The position numbers and the translations under genes are program-made. Source: Alphaproteobacteria bacterium (GTDB lineage Bacteria; Pseudomonadota; Alphaproteobacteria; UBA11222). Taken from it: 41,651 bases of DNA. A model generated the notes under the pieces. The model had not been told where the DNA came from. It did not search any database and saw nothing but the letters and a program-made list of their open reading frames with translations. Shown here piece after piece: positions 10,241 to 20,052 of this stretch (positions are counted from its first letter, which is position 1; each line of letters opens with the position of its first letter). Location: positions 1 through 41,651 of the forward strand of contig JAHHGO010000002.1 in assembly GCA_023252275.1 (NCBI GenBank), read 5' to 3'.

Positions 10241-11398
10241 TTACGGCTGGCCAAACTCCGGGTCAGCCTGGACGCCTGATTCATCTTCGGGTTTTTTAAC
10301 CGGGTCCGGCGTTTTGAACAGATCATAATAATCGCGCATCAGATCACTGGACTTCATGCCCGGCAACATGAACGCCCAGCCTTTGGTGCGCGCATTGATC
10401 TCCGCGATCTGTTTTTCAACCGCATCGGGTTTCAATAATTTCGGATGCTTTTCCAGGAGGCCGGCTTTGGCGGCGGCTTCGGCCTGTGCGGGATCAAAGC
10501 TGGCCTCGAAACGCGTCCAGCGGGCCCCGTCATGCATCACCGTCCAACTGGTCAGCAGCAGGCCATCGAACAGCCTATAATCGGCGCGAAACGCCTGACT
10601 GAAATCAATCCTGTCCGCCGGCATCGCATCATCCAGCGGCAGAAGCGCAATGGCCCTGGCGATATTGCCGGGCAGTTCCGGAAGAACCAGTTCCTTTCCC
10701 TTGAGCATTTTAGTGATGGCGAAACCGGCCCCGGGATCAGCGCGCTGAATATCATATTCTGCACCACTGGGCGGCACTATCCGGACGGAGGCAATACGCG
10801 GTTCGGCAATATCAAACAGCGCGCGGTCGATCCAGTCCGAAGTCAGCGGCGGAATATTCACATCGCCCTGCGCCAGAAAAACCTGCGCCTCACCATCGCG
10901 GCGCGCATAGGCGATGCCCGCGCGCGTGCCGCTGGGCGGCGATTGCACCTTGCCCAAAATCAGCGACGCCAGCGGTCTCTGGGCCGCATCAAACAAAGTG
11001 ATGCGCATCCCCTTGCCTTTATGCGCCGCATTTTTGTCATCCGGCGCGGCCAATAACAGAACGCCATGATTTTGCGCGAGCGCAGTGCGCTTTTCGATCG
11101 CCTCCAGCTTCGCCAGCGCCAGAATGGCCTTGCGCACCACATCAAAATTGGCGGGCCAGCCGCCACGTTCGGGCAATATCCAGCCGCCCTTGGCGTCGCG
11201 CATCACAAGGACATTCCCCTGCCCCGTCTCCACCTTAACCTGGCTGACGGATTCAATCTGCTGATCAAGCCCGGGGAAAAAAGCCTGGCGCGCAAATGGC
11301 GCCTGATTTGCGGTCTGGCGCGAAATGACCGCCACAAAGGCCGCCGCCACGAACAGCCCGGTCAGCGCCGCCAATAGTGTCAATTGCCGCGATTTCAT
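10241..11398 (-). CDS. DUF4340-like membrane-anchored protein, last gene of the ABC/GldG-like operon
   Basis: It has an N-terminal TM segment (LTLLAALTGLFVAAAFVAVI) and a large soluble domain. An ATGA start/stop overlap joins it to the upstream GldG-like gene. The family call comes from architecture and synteny recall. Confidence 0.55.
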   Translation of the reverse strand: MKSRQLTLLAALTGLFVAAAFVAVISRQTANQAPFARQAFFPGLDQQIESVSQVKVETGQGNVLVMRDAKGGWILPERGGWPANFDVVRKAILALAKLEAIEKRTALAQNHGVLLLAAPDDKNAAHKGKGMRITLFDAAQRPLASLILGKVQSPPSGTRAGIAYARRDGEAQVFLAQGDVNIPPLTSDWIDRALFDIAEPRIASVRIVPPSGAEYDIQRADPGAGFAITKMLKGKELVLPELPGNIARAIALLPLDDAMPADRIDFSQAFRADYRLFDGLLLTSWTVMHDGARWTRFEASFDPAQAEAAAKAGLLEKHPKLLKPDAVEKQIAEINARTKGWAFMLPGMKSSDLMRDYYDLFKTPDPVKKPEDESGVQADPEFGQP

Positions 11399-13383
11399 TG
11401 CGCACCCCCGGCTGGCGCGGATGTTTTACCGCGCCATTGGGCGCGGCGCGACTTGCGCCGCTGTTCGCGCAATTGCGCCAGCAGCAACGCCGCCACGCCA
11501 ACCAGAAATGGCGACAAAGCGATATTGATAAAGCGCAGCCTGTCTTCCAGCGCCTCGACATCGCTGCGCAGGGAATGCTGCACATTGCGCAACGCCTTGC
11601 GGGTCATGGCGATCTGTTCGCGGGCGCGATGAATTTCGGCCTCCTGTTCCGGCGTCACCAGGCTTTCGCCTGCCCCGCCATCGGGTTTCGGCATACCCGC
11701 TTCGGGTCGCTCCATCTGCGCCAGGCGCTGTTCCGTTGCCTGCAATTCCGTTTTCAGGCGTTCTTCTTCTTCCAGATAACGGGATTCGGCGGCGCGCATC
11801 AATTCCTGCACAACCAGAAACGGACGGGTGGATTTAGACCGGCTGCGCAGCGAAATCAGATCGCCGGAGCCGGTCATATTTTCGATCGCCGCCATGACCA
11901 GATTGGCATTGTCCGCCGTCGGCACGGCCACGCGCTCGCCGCGATATTCGCTGATCTCAACCCACCAATTATCGTCCCACAGATCTGTGTCGGCAATGGC
12001 GATGACATTGATCGGCTGCTGCGATTTCGTCAGATGCGGGCGCAGCGCCTTATAGCTTTCGCTCAGTTCGGGGCTGGCGTCGGCGGGCAGTTGCGGCGCG
12101 CCATTGGGAAAGGCCGATGGCGCATCGCCTGACAGGCGCGCCGCCATGACATAGCGTTCGCCGCTGGGTTCAAAGCCGCGCAGCAGATCAATCGGATTGG
12201 GCGCGCGGCGCAGCTTCATCGTGGCCTCAATCAGGGCCGCGTCGGTGCTGCTGCTGATCAGCGGCGTGAATTGCGTGGTGGCGTCCGGCAGTTTTTTCAG
12301 ATGCCCCGCCATCGCCATGGTGACATAGCTCAATTCGCCGGTCACCGGATCGCCCTGTTGTAGCGCGGCCTCGCGCAGGCCTAGCCAGGCAACGTAAGTT
12401 GTATCCTGCTGTTCACCCAGATTGTCGACCATGACACGCTGCCCGAAGGCGCGGTCGGCGACAATATAGTTTGGATCCATCTCAACGCCCCAGGCGCGAT
12501 ACAGTTCCGGCATGGACGAGGACGGCGAAAATGCATCGCGATCGGTAAGCGGATTTTTCGAGCGGGACATTGGCTTGCCAACCTCGGACACCGGATCGGT
12601 AAAGGCGATCACACGGCCGCCGCGCAATACATATTGATCAATCGCGTAGCGGGTCAGCGCATCCATTTCTTTCGGCTGGACGATCAGAACCACATTGAAC
12701 GCATCATCAATCCCGGCAAATTGCCCGGTCAGCATTTCGACATCAAAGGTCTCGCGCATCTGCTGATACAGCATGAAAGGCTTGATCTCGCCGCGCATCA
12801 GCGCCTCGATGCCGCCTTTGCCGATATCCAGCGGAAGGCCCGAAATGACGCCGATTTTGGGTTTTTTTATGGTGGATAATTTGCTGATCAATTGCGTCAG
12901 ATCATATTCCAGAAACTGTTCCCGGTCCTGGGTGAAGAAGGGAATGACCTCCTGCCCGTCCACCATATTGGCGGCGGCAAGGCCCAGAAAAAATTTCTCG
13001 CCGCTCTGGGCGCCAAGCCCCCGCATACCCAGATTACTGGCGCGTTCTTCGGCCTCGCTGAAGGGTTCCGGATCAATGATTTCAAGTTGCAGATTGCCGC
13101 CGGAATTGGCCTCAAATTCCTTCAGCATGTCACGCACCCGCTGGCCATAAACCTGCGCGCCCGGCACATTCTTGGCCAGCCGTTCCGAGAAAAAAAACTG
13201 TAGCCGCACCGGCTCGTTCAGTTTGGCCAGCACATTGCGCGTGCCCTGACTGAGTGTATAAAGCCTGTCCTGGGTCAGATCAAAGCGCGCCGAATAAAGC
13301 GTGGCGTTGGACAGCACATTGACCGCCAGAAACAGAATGGCGGTCAGAACCAGAGCGAGCGGGGCTTGCAGGCTGCGTTGCAT
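11395..13383 (-). CDS. GldG-like ABC-transport auxiliary component (N- and C-terminal TM anchors, coiled-coil near the C-terminus)
   Basis: A 662-aa protein with an N-terminal TM, a large periplasmic domain, a charged coiled-coil region (RYLEEEERLKTELQATEQRLAQME) and a C-terminal TM. It follows the ABC-2 permease. Confidence 0.65.
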   Translation of the reverse strand: MQRSLQAPLALVLTAILFLAVNVLSNATLYSARFDLTQDRLYTLSQGTRNVLAKLNEPVRLQFFFSERLAKNVPGAQVYGQRVRDMLKEFEANSGGNLQLEIIDPEPFSEAEERASNLGMRGLGAQSGEKFFLGLAAANMVDGQEVIPFFTQDREQFLEYDLTQLISKLSTIKKPKIGVISGLPLDIGKGGIEALMRGEIKPFMLYQQMRETFDVEMLTGQFAGIDDAFNVVLIVQPKEMDALTRYAIDQYVLRGGRVIAFTDPVSEVGKPMSRSKNPLTDRDAFSPSSSMPELYRAWGVEMDPNYIVADRAFGQRVMVDNLGEQQDTTYVAWLGLREAALQQGDPVTGELSYVTMAMAGHLKKLPDATTQFTPLISSSTDAALIEATMKLRRAPNPIDLLRGFEPSGERYVMAARLSGDAPSAFPNGAPQLPADASPELSESYKALRPHLTKSQQPINVIAIADTDLWDDNWWVEISEYRGERVAVPTADNANLVMAAIENMTGSGDLISLRSRSKSTRPFLVVQELMRAAESRYLEEEERLKTELQATEQRLAQMERPEAGMPKPDGGAGESLVTPEQEAEIHRAREQIAMTRKALRNVQHSLRSDVEALEDRLRFINIALSPFLVGVAALLLAQLREQRRKSRRAQWRGKTSAPAGGAQ

Positions 13384-13387
13384 CCGC

Positions 13388-14122
13388 CTATCCCGCCTTT
13401 TTCATTTCAAGGATCACGGCATTGGCATAAAGCCACGCACCGGTGAGCGAGGCGAAATACACCACATCGCGCAGATCAATCACGCCATTGGTGATGGCGT
13501 CGAAATGCGTCAGGAAACTGAATGAGGCAATCGCCGCCAGCAGCGCTTCTGGCGCCCAGGCGGAAAAGAAATCCAGCACCATGGGCAGGCCGCTGACCGT
13601 GAACAGGAAGCACACCGAAACCGTCACCACAAAGGCGATCACCTGATTGCGGGTGGTGGCGGAAATGGCCGAGCCGATCGCCAGATAGGCGCCCGCCATC
13701 AGCGCGCTGCCGATATAGCTGGCCAGGATCACCCCATTATCCGGATCGCCCAGATAATTGACCGTGATCCAGATCGGGAAGGTCAGCGCCAGCGCCACCA
13801 TGGCAAAGCCCCAGGCGGCCAGATATTTTCCCAGCACCACGGCCCATAGCGGCACGGGCAGGGTCAATAGCAGCTCGATGGTGCCGGATTTGGTTTCCTC
13901 GGCCCACAGGCGCATGCTGATGGCGGGGATTAAAAACAGATACAGCCAGGGATGAAATGAGAAGAAGTTTTTCAGGCTGGCCTCGCCGGCCTCAAAAAAC
14001 TGGCCGATATAAAATGTCGTAAGCCCGGTGAGAAACAGGAAAATGACAATAAAAATATAGGCCAGCGGCGTGGCGAAATAGCCCATAAATTCGCGCTTTA
14101 AGACCAGCATTAATCCGTTCAT
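13388..14122 (-). CDS. ABC-2 family transporter permease (GldF-like)
   Basis: Polytopic, with the EETKSGTIELLLTLPV motif characteristic of ABC-2 / NosY / GldF-type permeases. An ATGA overlap joins it to the ATPase gene. Confidence 0.8.
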   Translation of the reverse strand: MNGLMLVLKREFMGYFATPLAYIFIVIFLFLTGLTTFYIGQFFEAGEASLKNFFSFHPWLYLFLIPAISMRLWAEETKSGTIELLLTLPVPLWAVVLGKYLAAWGFAMVALALTFPIWITVNYLGDPDNGVILASYIGSALMAGAYLAIGSAISATTRNQVIAFVVTVSVCFLFTVSGLPMVLDFFSAWAPEALLAAIASFSFLTHFDAITNGVIDLRDVVYFASLTGAWLYANAVILEMKKAG

Positions 14123-14847
14123 GCGTGATGCCCGTGCAGATCGCCGGTGGTCAATTGCCGGAATACTTCATCCAGCCGCCCGCGCTTTTCAAGCTCGGCG
14201 GGCGTCGCGTCGGCCACGATGCGGCCGCGGTCAATAATGATCGCGCGGGTGCAGATGGCGTCCACTTCTTCCAGTATATGGGTGGAAATGATGATCGCCT
14301 TATGCGGCGCCATTTCGGCAATCAACTGGCGCACCGTATGTTTCTGGTTGGGGTCCAGCCCATCGGTGGGTTCATCCATGATCAGCACCGGCGGATCGTG
14401 CAAAATCGCCTGGGCCAGGCCGACGCGGCGCTTGAAGCCTTTGGAGAGGGTGTCGATCGGCTGTTCCATCACGCCGGCAAGGCCGGTGCGCTCCACCGTC
14501 TGCGCAATGGCGCGATCGCGCGCCGCCCCGCTCAGGCGGCGAACCCCGGCAATGAACAGCAGAAATTCGCGCGGTGTCATGTCCGGATAGGCGGGCGCGC
14601 CTTCCGGCAGATAGCCCAGGCTTTGCTTGACGCCGATCGGGTCAATCGTCACATCCCGGCCCAGCACCCGGGCCGTGCCGGAAGTGGGCGCCAGAAAGCC
14701 GGTGATCATTTTCATGGTGGTGGATTTGCCCGCGCCATTGGGGCCGAGAAAGCCCAGCACCTCGCCCTTATTCACTGTGAAACTGACGCCATCGACCGCC
14801 GTGATCAGCGGACCGAATTTTTTAACCAGTGCGTCGACTTCAATCAT
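14119..14847 (-). CDS. ABC transporter ATP-binding protein (GldA-like)
   Basis: Walker A GPNGAGKST, signature LSKGFKRR and Walker B LIMDEPTDGLD are present. The start is ATG 14847 (MIEVDALVKKFG). Confidence 0.9.
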   Translation of the reverse strand: MIEVDALVKKFGPLITAVDGVSFTVNKGEVLGFLGPNGAGKSTTMKMITGFLAPTSGTARVLGRDVTIDPIGVKQSLGYLPEGAPAYPDMTPREFLLFIAGVRRLSGAARDRAIAQTVERTGLAGVMEQPIDTLSKGFKRRVGLAQAILHDPPVLIMDEPTDGLDPNQKHTVRQLIAEMAPHKAIIISTHILEEVDAICTRAIIIDRGRIVADATPAELEKRGRLDEVFRQLTTGDLHGHHA

Positions 14848-15045
14848 ATAAGCGCCAAATGATGCGATAAAAAACTGCTCGCGCGGCTTTACCCTCAACT
14901 CACCGGACTAAATAGTCAAAGCGCCCCCCCTGCGCAAGTCATATGGTTGTGAACGGTATTATTCTATCCCGCGCGGAACATTGACCCCGCGCAATGATGG
15001 TGTAGGATGCAGCCAAGCAATATCAAACGAATCTCAGGGGAAATC

Positions 15046-15879
15046 ATGGGGCAGACCAGCAATCTGATGCAAGGCAAGCGTGGCCTGATCATGGGGGTCG
15101 CCAATGATCGCTCGCTGGCCTGGGGCATCGCAAAAACTTGCCATGAGCATGGCGCGGAACTGGCCTTTTCCTATCAGGGTGAGGCGCTGCTCAAACGGGT
15201 GACGCCGCTGGCGCAATCGCTGGGATCAAAGCTGGTGCTGCCCTGCGATGTGACCGATGCCGCCAGCATGGATGAACTGTTTGAAAGCCTGCGCCGGGAA
15301 TGGGGCCAGCTTGATTTCGTGGTGCATGCCATTGCCTATTCCGCCAAGGAGGAGTTGAAGGGGCGCTATGTCGATACTTCGCCCGAAAATTTCGCCATGA
15401 GCATGAATATATCCTGCTATTCGTTCACCGCGGTCACGCAGCGCGCGGAAAGGCTGATGCCCAATGGCGGCAGCCTGCTGACCCTGACCTATTACGGCGC
15501 GGAAAAGGTGATGCCGCATTATAATGTGATGGGCGTCGCCAAGGCCGCGCTGGAAGCCAGCGTGCGCTACCTCGCGGCTGATCTGGGCGCCAAAAATATT
15601 CGCGTGAACGCCATTTCCGCCGGGCCGGTCAAAACGCTGGCCGCCAGCGCGATTGGCGATTTCCGCTATATTCTGAAATGGAACGAACTGAACTCGCCGC
15701 TGAAGCGTAACGTCACCATCGAGGAAGTGGGCAAGGCGGCCATGTTCCTGCTCAGCGATCTGGGCAGCGGCGTGACCGGCGAATTAAGCCATGTGGATTG
15801 CGGCTACAACATTATCGGCATGAAAGACGAAAACGCCCCGGACATTGCCGTGGCGATGGCGGGCGGCAAAGGCGAGTAA
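15046..15879 (+). CDS. fabI: Enoyl-[acyl-carrier-protein] reductase (NADH) FabI
   Basis: Contains [21 protein letters not shown], the [22 protein letters not shown] catalytic Tyr/Lys region, and [17 protein letters not shown] 15046 is preceded by CAGGGGA. Confidence 0.9.
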   Translation: MGQTSNLMQGKRGLIMGVANDRSLAWGIAKTCHEHGAELAFSYQGEALLKRVTPLAQSLGSKLVLPCDVTDAASMDELFESLRREWGQLDFVVHAIAYSAKEELKGRYVDTSPENFAMSMNISCYSFTAVTQRAERLMPNGGSLLTLTYYGAEKVMPHYNVMGVAKAALEASVRYLAADLGAKNIRVNAISAGPVKTLAASAIGDFRYILKWNELNSPLKRNVTIEEVGKAAMFLLSDLGSGVTGELSHVDCGYNIIGMKDENAPDIAVAMAGGKGE

Positions 15880-16967
15880 TGTCGCACAACACATTCGGGC
15901 ATCTGTTTCGCGTCACCACTTGGGGGGAAAGCCACGGCCCTGCGCTGGGCTGTGTGGTGGATGGCGCGCCGCCGCGTCTGGCGCTCAGCGAAGACGATAT
16001 TCAGGCCTGGCTGGACAAGCGCCGCCCCGGCCAGTCACGCTTCACCACCCAGCGCCGCGAAGCCGATCTGGTGAAAATCCTGTCCGGCACCTTCGAGGGC
16101 AAAACCACCGGCACGCCGGTCAGCCTGCTGATCGAAAATACCGATCAGCGTTCCAAAGATTATGGCGATGTGATGGACAAATTCCGTCCCGGCCATGCCG
16201 ATTACACCTATCTGGCGAAATATGGCGTGCGCGATTATCGCGGCGGCGGACGGCAATCGGCGCGCGAAACCGCCGCGCGCGTGGCGGCGGGCGCCATTGC
16301 GCGCATTATCCTCGGAAAGAAAATCAAAATTCGCGGCGCGCTGGTGCAGATGGGGCCGCATAAAATTGACCGCGCCCGCTGGAACTGGAATGAGACGGAA
16401 AAAAATCCGTTCTGGTGCCCGGACGCAAAATCGGCGGCGCAATGGGAGACATATCTGGATGGGGTGCGCAAGGCGGGATCATCCTGCGGCGCGGTGATAG
16501 AAGTGCGGGCATCGGGCGTTCCCGTTGGGCTGGGCGCGCCAATTTACGGCAAGCTGGACGCCGATCTGGCGCAGGCGCTGATGAGCATCAATGCCGTCAA
16601 GGGCGTCGAGATCGGCGATGGCTTTGCGGCGGCCAGCCTGACCGGCGAGGAAAATGCCGATGAAATGCGCGTGGCCGCCAAAGGCAATATGGGCAAAAAG
16701 ACGCCGGAATTTCTGGCCAATCATGCGGGCGGCATATTGGGCGGCATTTCCACCGGACAGGACATTGTGGCGCGCTTTGCGGTGAAGCCCACCAGTTCGA
16801 TCCTCAGTCCACGGAATACCGTCACCACCGGCGGCAAAAATACCAGCATCATTACCAAGGGCCGCCATGACCCCTGTGTCGGCATTCGCGCCGTGCCGGT
16901 GGGCGAGGCGATGATGGCCTGCGTTCTGGCCGACCATCTGCTGCGGCACCGCGCGCAAAATGGCTGA
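15879..16967 (+). CDS. aroC: Chorismate synthase
   Basis: Contains [27 protein letters not shown] and [13 protein letters not shown]. The start overlaps the fabI stop (TAATG). Confidence 0.95.
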   Translation: MSHNTFGHLFRVTTWGESHGPALGCVVDGAPPRLALSEDDIQAWLDKRRPGQSRFTTQRREADLVKILSGTFEGKTTGTPVSLLIENTDQRSKDYGDVMDKFRPGHADYTYLAKYGVRDYRGGGRQSARETAARVAAGAIARIILGKKIKIRGALVQMGPHKIDRARWNWNETEKNPFWCPDAKSAAQWETYLDGVRKAGSSCGAVIEVRASGVPVGLGAPIYGKLDADLAQALMSINAVKGVEIGDGFAAASLTGEENADEMRVAAKGNMGKKTPEFLANHAGGILGGISTGQDIVARFAVKPTSSILSPRNTVTTGGKNTSIITKGRHDPCVGIRAVPVGEAMMACVLADHLLRHRAQNG

Positions 16968-17463
16968 GCATCCGGAAAACATACCGGCGGGGTTTGAACC
17001 ACTGCCTGGAAAGACCACCTTTATTCATCACGCGGGGCCTGTCTATTGGGGCGAAAGCGAAGGGCAATATGTGCTGGGCTTTCGCGTTGCGCCGCATCAC
17101 GCCAATCCCGCCGGAATGTGCAATGGCGGCATGCTGATGACGGTCATGGATCTGGGGCTGATCGTCGGCATTATCGCCCGGCAGCCGGATGGAAATTTTT
17201 CACCCACCATGAGCCTGTCGGTGGATTTTATCGCGGCGGCGCAGCTGGGCGAATGGGTGGAAAGCCGCGTCGATTTTGTGCATCTGACCAAGCGCCGCGG
17301 CTATGCCAGCGGGCGGCTGGTTGGCCCCAAAGGCGTGATCATGCGGGCCAATGGCGCGTTCAGCTTTCCGCCAGCGGGCGACCCGCGCTTTAATGTCGAT
17401 GGTCCAACCCTGCGTGATGTGATCGTGGCGCGCGAGAAACAAAAACGCCAGCAGGCGGAATAA
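16960..17463 (+). CDS. PaaI-family (hotdog-fold) thioesterase
   Basis: A 167-aa protein with the hotdog motif [19 protein letters not shown]. It overlaps the aroC 3' end by 8 nt (ATGGCTGA). Confidence 0.7.
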   Translation: MAEHPENIPAGFEPLPGKTTFIHHAGPVYWGESEGQYVLGFRVAPHHANPAGMCNGGMLMTVMDLGLIVGIIARQPDGNFSPTMSLSVDFIAAAQLGEWVESRVDFVHLTKRRGYASGRLVGPKGVIMRANGAFSFPPAGDPRFNVDGPTLRDVIVAREKQKRQQAE

Positions 17464-17482
17464 TCATACACCTTGGCGCGGA

Positions 17483-18106
17483 TCAGAAATCCGTTTTGGA
17501 AAGCGCGCGCACACGCCGGTCATCGGGCCAGGGAACCGCGTCACCCGGCGCAATATCCGCGCCGCTGATCAGCGTGCCGGTGCGCGGCGTATCCAGCGTA
17601 ACCGTGCCCGCCGCATTGGAAACTTCGACCTTGCCGGTCAGCAACAACACGCCATAGACGCCGTCAATCGGCCCGGCCCAGAAATCCGTACCACGCACGC
17701 CAATGGTCGCGACCGGCGTTTTGATCGTCAGTGCGCCAGGATGCCCTTTGGCGCTGCTGACAAAACGCAATGCGCCCGTCACCAGATTGATGGTGGCCGA
17801 ACCATCCCCGTCATACACAAATTCATCGAGCCGGACCTCGGCATTTTCGCCCATCACCAGCGCGGTGGCGTCGCTGAGGCGCAATTCGGCGCGCGCCTGC
17901 GCCCCGGTATGTAAAATTTCATTGCGGAACACCGGATTGCCCACGTCCAGCGGCCGGGCGGGATCCGCCGGTGAGGGCCGTGCCGTAACGTCATTTTTAA
18001 CCCGTTCGACCTTGCCGGCGTGCCTCGCGTCCTGCGCCAGCGCCGGGCCAGACAGGCAGAGGCCCGCCATCAAGGCTGCGGCGCGAAGTGTGTGCATATT
18101 CAACAT
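17483..18106 (-). CDS. Secreted FecR-domain protein
   Basis: It has a signal peptide (AALMAGLCLSGPALAQ) and FecR-domain-like beta strands including IKTPVATIGVRGTDFW. Confidence 0.6.
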   Translation of the reverse strand: MLNMHTLRAAALMAGLCLSGPALAQDARHAGKVERVKNDVTARPSPADPARPLDVGNPVFRNEILHTGAQARAELRLSDATALVMGENAEVRLDEFVYDGDGSATINLVTGALRFVSSAKGHPGALTIKTPVATIGVRGTDFWAGPIDGVYGVLLLTGKVEVSNAAGTVTLDTPRTGTLISGADIAPGDAVPWPDDRRVRALSKTDF

Positions 18107-18172
18107 TTGCCCATTTCCTGTTCATGCTATGCTTTGGCGATGATTCACCCACAAAATGAATAGCCAGCGCAA

Positions 18173-19387
18173 ATGAAATTAGCGTGCAGGGCGTTTACCC
18201 TTGCTATAATGGCCCTGAGCAGCATCGCATCCGTTCAGGCGGGCGAATTTACCGATGCCCTGACCGGGGGCGGCGCCTGGCTGGATCTGCGCTACCGGAC
18301 TGAGCTGGCGGATCAGGAAAATCTGCCGCGTAACGCCGCCGCACATAGCTTGCGCAGCCGTGCGGGCTATGCCACCGGTCTGTATCGCGGCCTGTCGGCG
18401 CTGGCCGAATATGAATATATATTTCATCTGGGTACGGAGCGGTTCAATAATGGCAATGAACGCGGATCGCCCTATCCGCTGGTGGCCGATCCGGACACGG
18501 CCGAATTAAATCAGGCCGCGCTGCGCTATGAAGGGCCGCTGCAAACCACCTTCATTCTCGGCCGCCAGCGCATCGTGCATGACAATGAACGCTTTATCGG
18601 CGATGCGGGCTTTCGCCAGAACATGCAGACCTTTGACGCGCTGTCGCTGCTCAACCGCGCTATGCCCAAAACCGAATTGCGCTATGAATATATCAGCCGC
18701 GCCAACCGCATTTTCGGGCGTGAATCCGCCTTTGGCGATTGGGAAATGGACGGTCACGTCATAAGCGCCGCCTGGCAGGGATGGCGGGCGGGAAAACTGA
18801 CAGGCTATGGCTATCTGTTCGATATTGATGACCGGCAGGATCTGTCGAGCCAGACTTACGGAGTGCGCTGGGATGCCCGCGCCATTGACCTGCATGGCAT
18901 CAGCTTCAAATATAGCGCCGAGGCGGCCTGGCAATCAGACTATGGCAATCATCGCGGCAATTATGATGCGGGCTATTATCTGTTGCAGCCCAGCTTCTCA
19001 AAAGGGCCGCTCAGCCTGACTATTGGCTATGAAGTGCTTGGCAGCGGCAATAATACCGGCTTTTCTACACCGCTGGCGACATTGCACAAATTTCAGGGTT
19101 TTACCGATAACTTCAACGCCACTCCGCCCGGCGGCATACGCGATCTGATGGCTGATCTGAATTATCAGCGGACGGATATTGCGCCATTTGACATGCTCCG
19201 CGTCTGGGGCGGCGCGCATCATTTTTCCGCCCAGCAGGGCGGCCATGATTACGGACAGGAATATTACGCGGCGGCGGCAATTCTGTATCGCGGGGTTTAC
19301 AGCGAAATAAAAGCCGCCGGCTATGAAGCGGACGGGTTCGGCCCGGATACGGAGAAGCTGTGGATGACTGTGGCGAAGGATTTTTAG
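18173..19387 (+). CDS. Outer-membrane beta-barrel protein (alginate-export / AlgE-like porin family)
   Basis: It has a signal peptide (SSIASVQA), alternating amphipathic strands (LDLRYRTE.., LRSRAGY..), and a C-terminal aromatic residue (..TVAKDF). Confidence 0.55.
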   Translation: MKLACRAFTLAIMALSSIASVQAGEFTDALTGGGAWLDLRYRTELADQENLPRNAAAHSLRSRAGYATGLYRGLSALAEYEYIFHLGTERFNNGNERGSPYPLVADPDTAELNQAALRYEGPLQTTFILGRQRIVHDNERFIGDAGFRQNMQTFDALSLLNRAMPKTELRYEYISRANRIFGRESAFGDWEMDGHVISAAWQGWRAGKLTGYGYLFDIDDRQDLSSQTYGVRWDARAIDLHGISFKYSAEAAWQSDYGNHRGNYDAGYYLLQPSFSKGPLSLTIGYEVLGSGNNTGFSTPLATLHKFQGFTDNFNATPPGGIRDLMADLNYQRTDIAPFDMLRVWGGAHHFSAQQGGHDYGQEYYAAAAILYRGVYSEIKAAGYEADGFGPDTEKLWMTVAKDF

Positions 19388-19426
19388 GCGCTGCGCAATC
19401 AGGCCGGTATTATCGAGGGTGAGATT

Positions 19427-19645
19427 ATGGCTGATACAAACATTCCTGTTCACACTGGCGGCTGCCAGTGCGGCGCGGTGCGCTATGCGCTGTATGCGGA
19501 GCCAGCAAACCCATTAATTTGCCACTGCCGTTCATGCCAGAAGGCATTCGGAGCCTCTTTTGGGGCCCTGGCTACCATTGGCCATAATCATTTTAGCTGG
19601 TCGCGCGGAATTTCATGCCAATTTGGAAAACTATCAGCATCCTGA
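19427..19645 (+). pseudogene. GFA (glutathione-dependent formaldehyde-activating / CENP-V-like) family gene remnant
   Basis: Only the first Cys cluster is present (GGCQCGAVRY...CHCRSCQKAFG), and the ORF ends at 72 aa. The second CxxC block is absent. A different frame continues as FHANLENYQHPDHDMPEWPVKKG* up to about 19681. Confidence 0.4.
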
Positions 19646-19785
19646 TCACGATATGCCTGAATGGCCGGTCAAAAAGGGCTGAGACGGCTAATTTTCAGCC
19701 GCTCAAGTGCGATTCCGCTTGAGCCGCCTTCGCACCAGGGGTATAAGGCCCCCTCTCAACAGGCATATGCAGGGCTTACAGCAAC

Positions 19786-20052
19786 ATGGCGAATAACAGG
19801 CAGGCAAAAAAGCGTATCCGGCAGACAGCCACGCGAACCGTGGTTAATGGGGCCCGCCGCAGCCGCGTCCGCAGCTTTGTCCGCCAAGTCGAAGACGCCA
19901 TTTCAAAGGGCGATAGCGCAGCGGCGCAGGCGGCTTTGAAAGTGGTCGAGCCTGAGCTGATGCGGGGCGCGCAAAAAGGCGCCCTGAAGAAACGCGCCGC
20001 TTCGCGCAAAGTGTCCCGCCTGACTATCCGGGTGAACGCTTTAGGGGCCTAG
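19786..20052 (+). CDS. rpsT: 30S ribosomal protein S20
   Basis: [36 protein letters not shown]... is a textbook S20 sequence. Confidence 0.95.
   Translation: MANNRQAKKRIRQTATRTVVNGARRSRVRSFVRQVEDAISKGDSAAAQAALKVVEPELMRGAQKGALKKRAASRKVSRLTIRVNALGA

Noticed and set aside
11377-12132. 251-aa ORF antisense to the GldG-like gene; also 14125-14862, antisense to the ABC ATPase
   Set aside because: These are shadow ORFs with no motifs, opposite strongly motif-bearing genes.
15798-15878. Upstream extension of aroC proposed by the track; similar N-terminal extensions exist at 1143, 2070, 4046, 6365, 14898, 20645, 27804 and 38230
   Set aside because: The extensions overlap the preceding gene or lack family similarity. 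Internal starts give canonical N-termini and better ribosome-binding sites or coupling.
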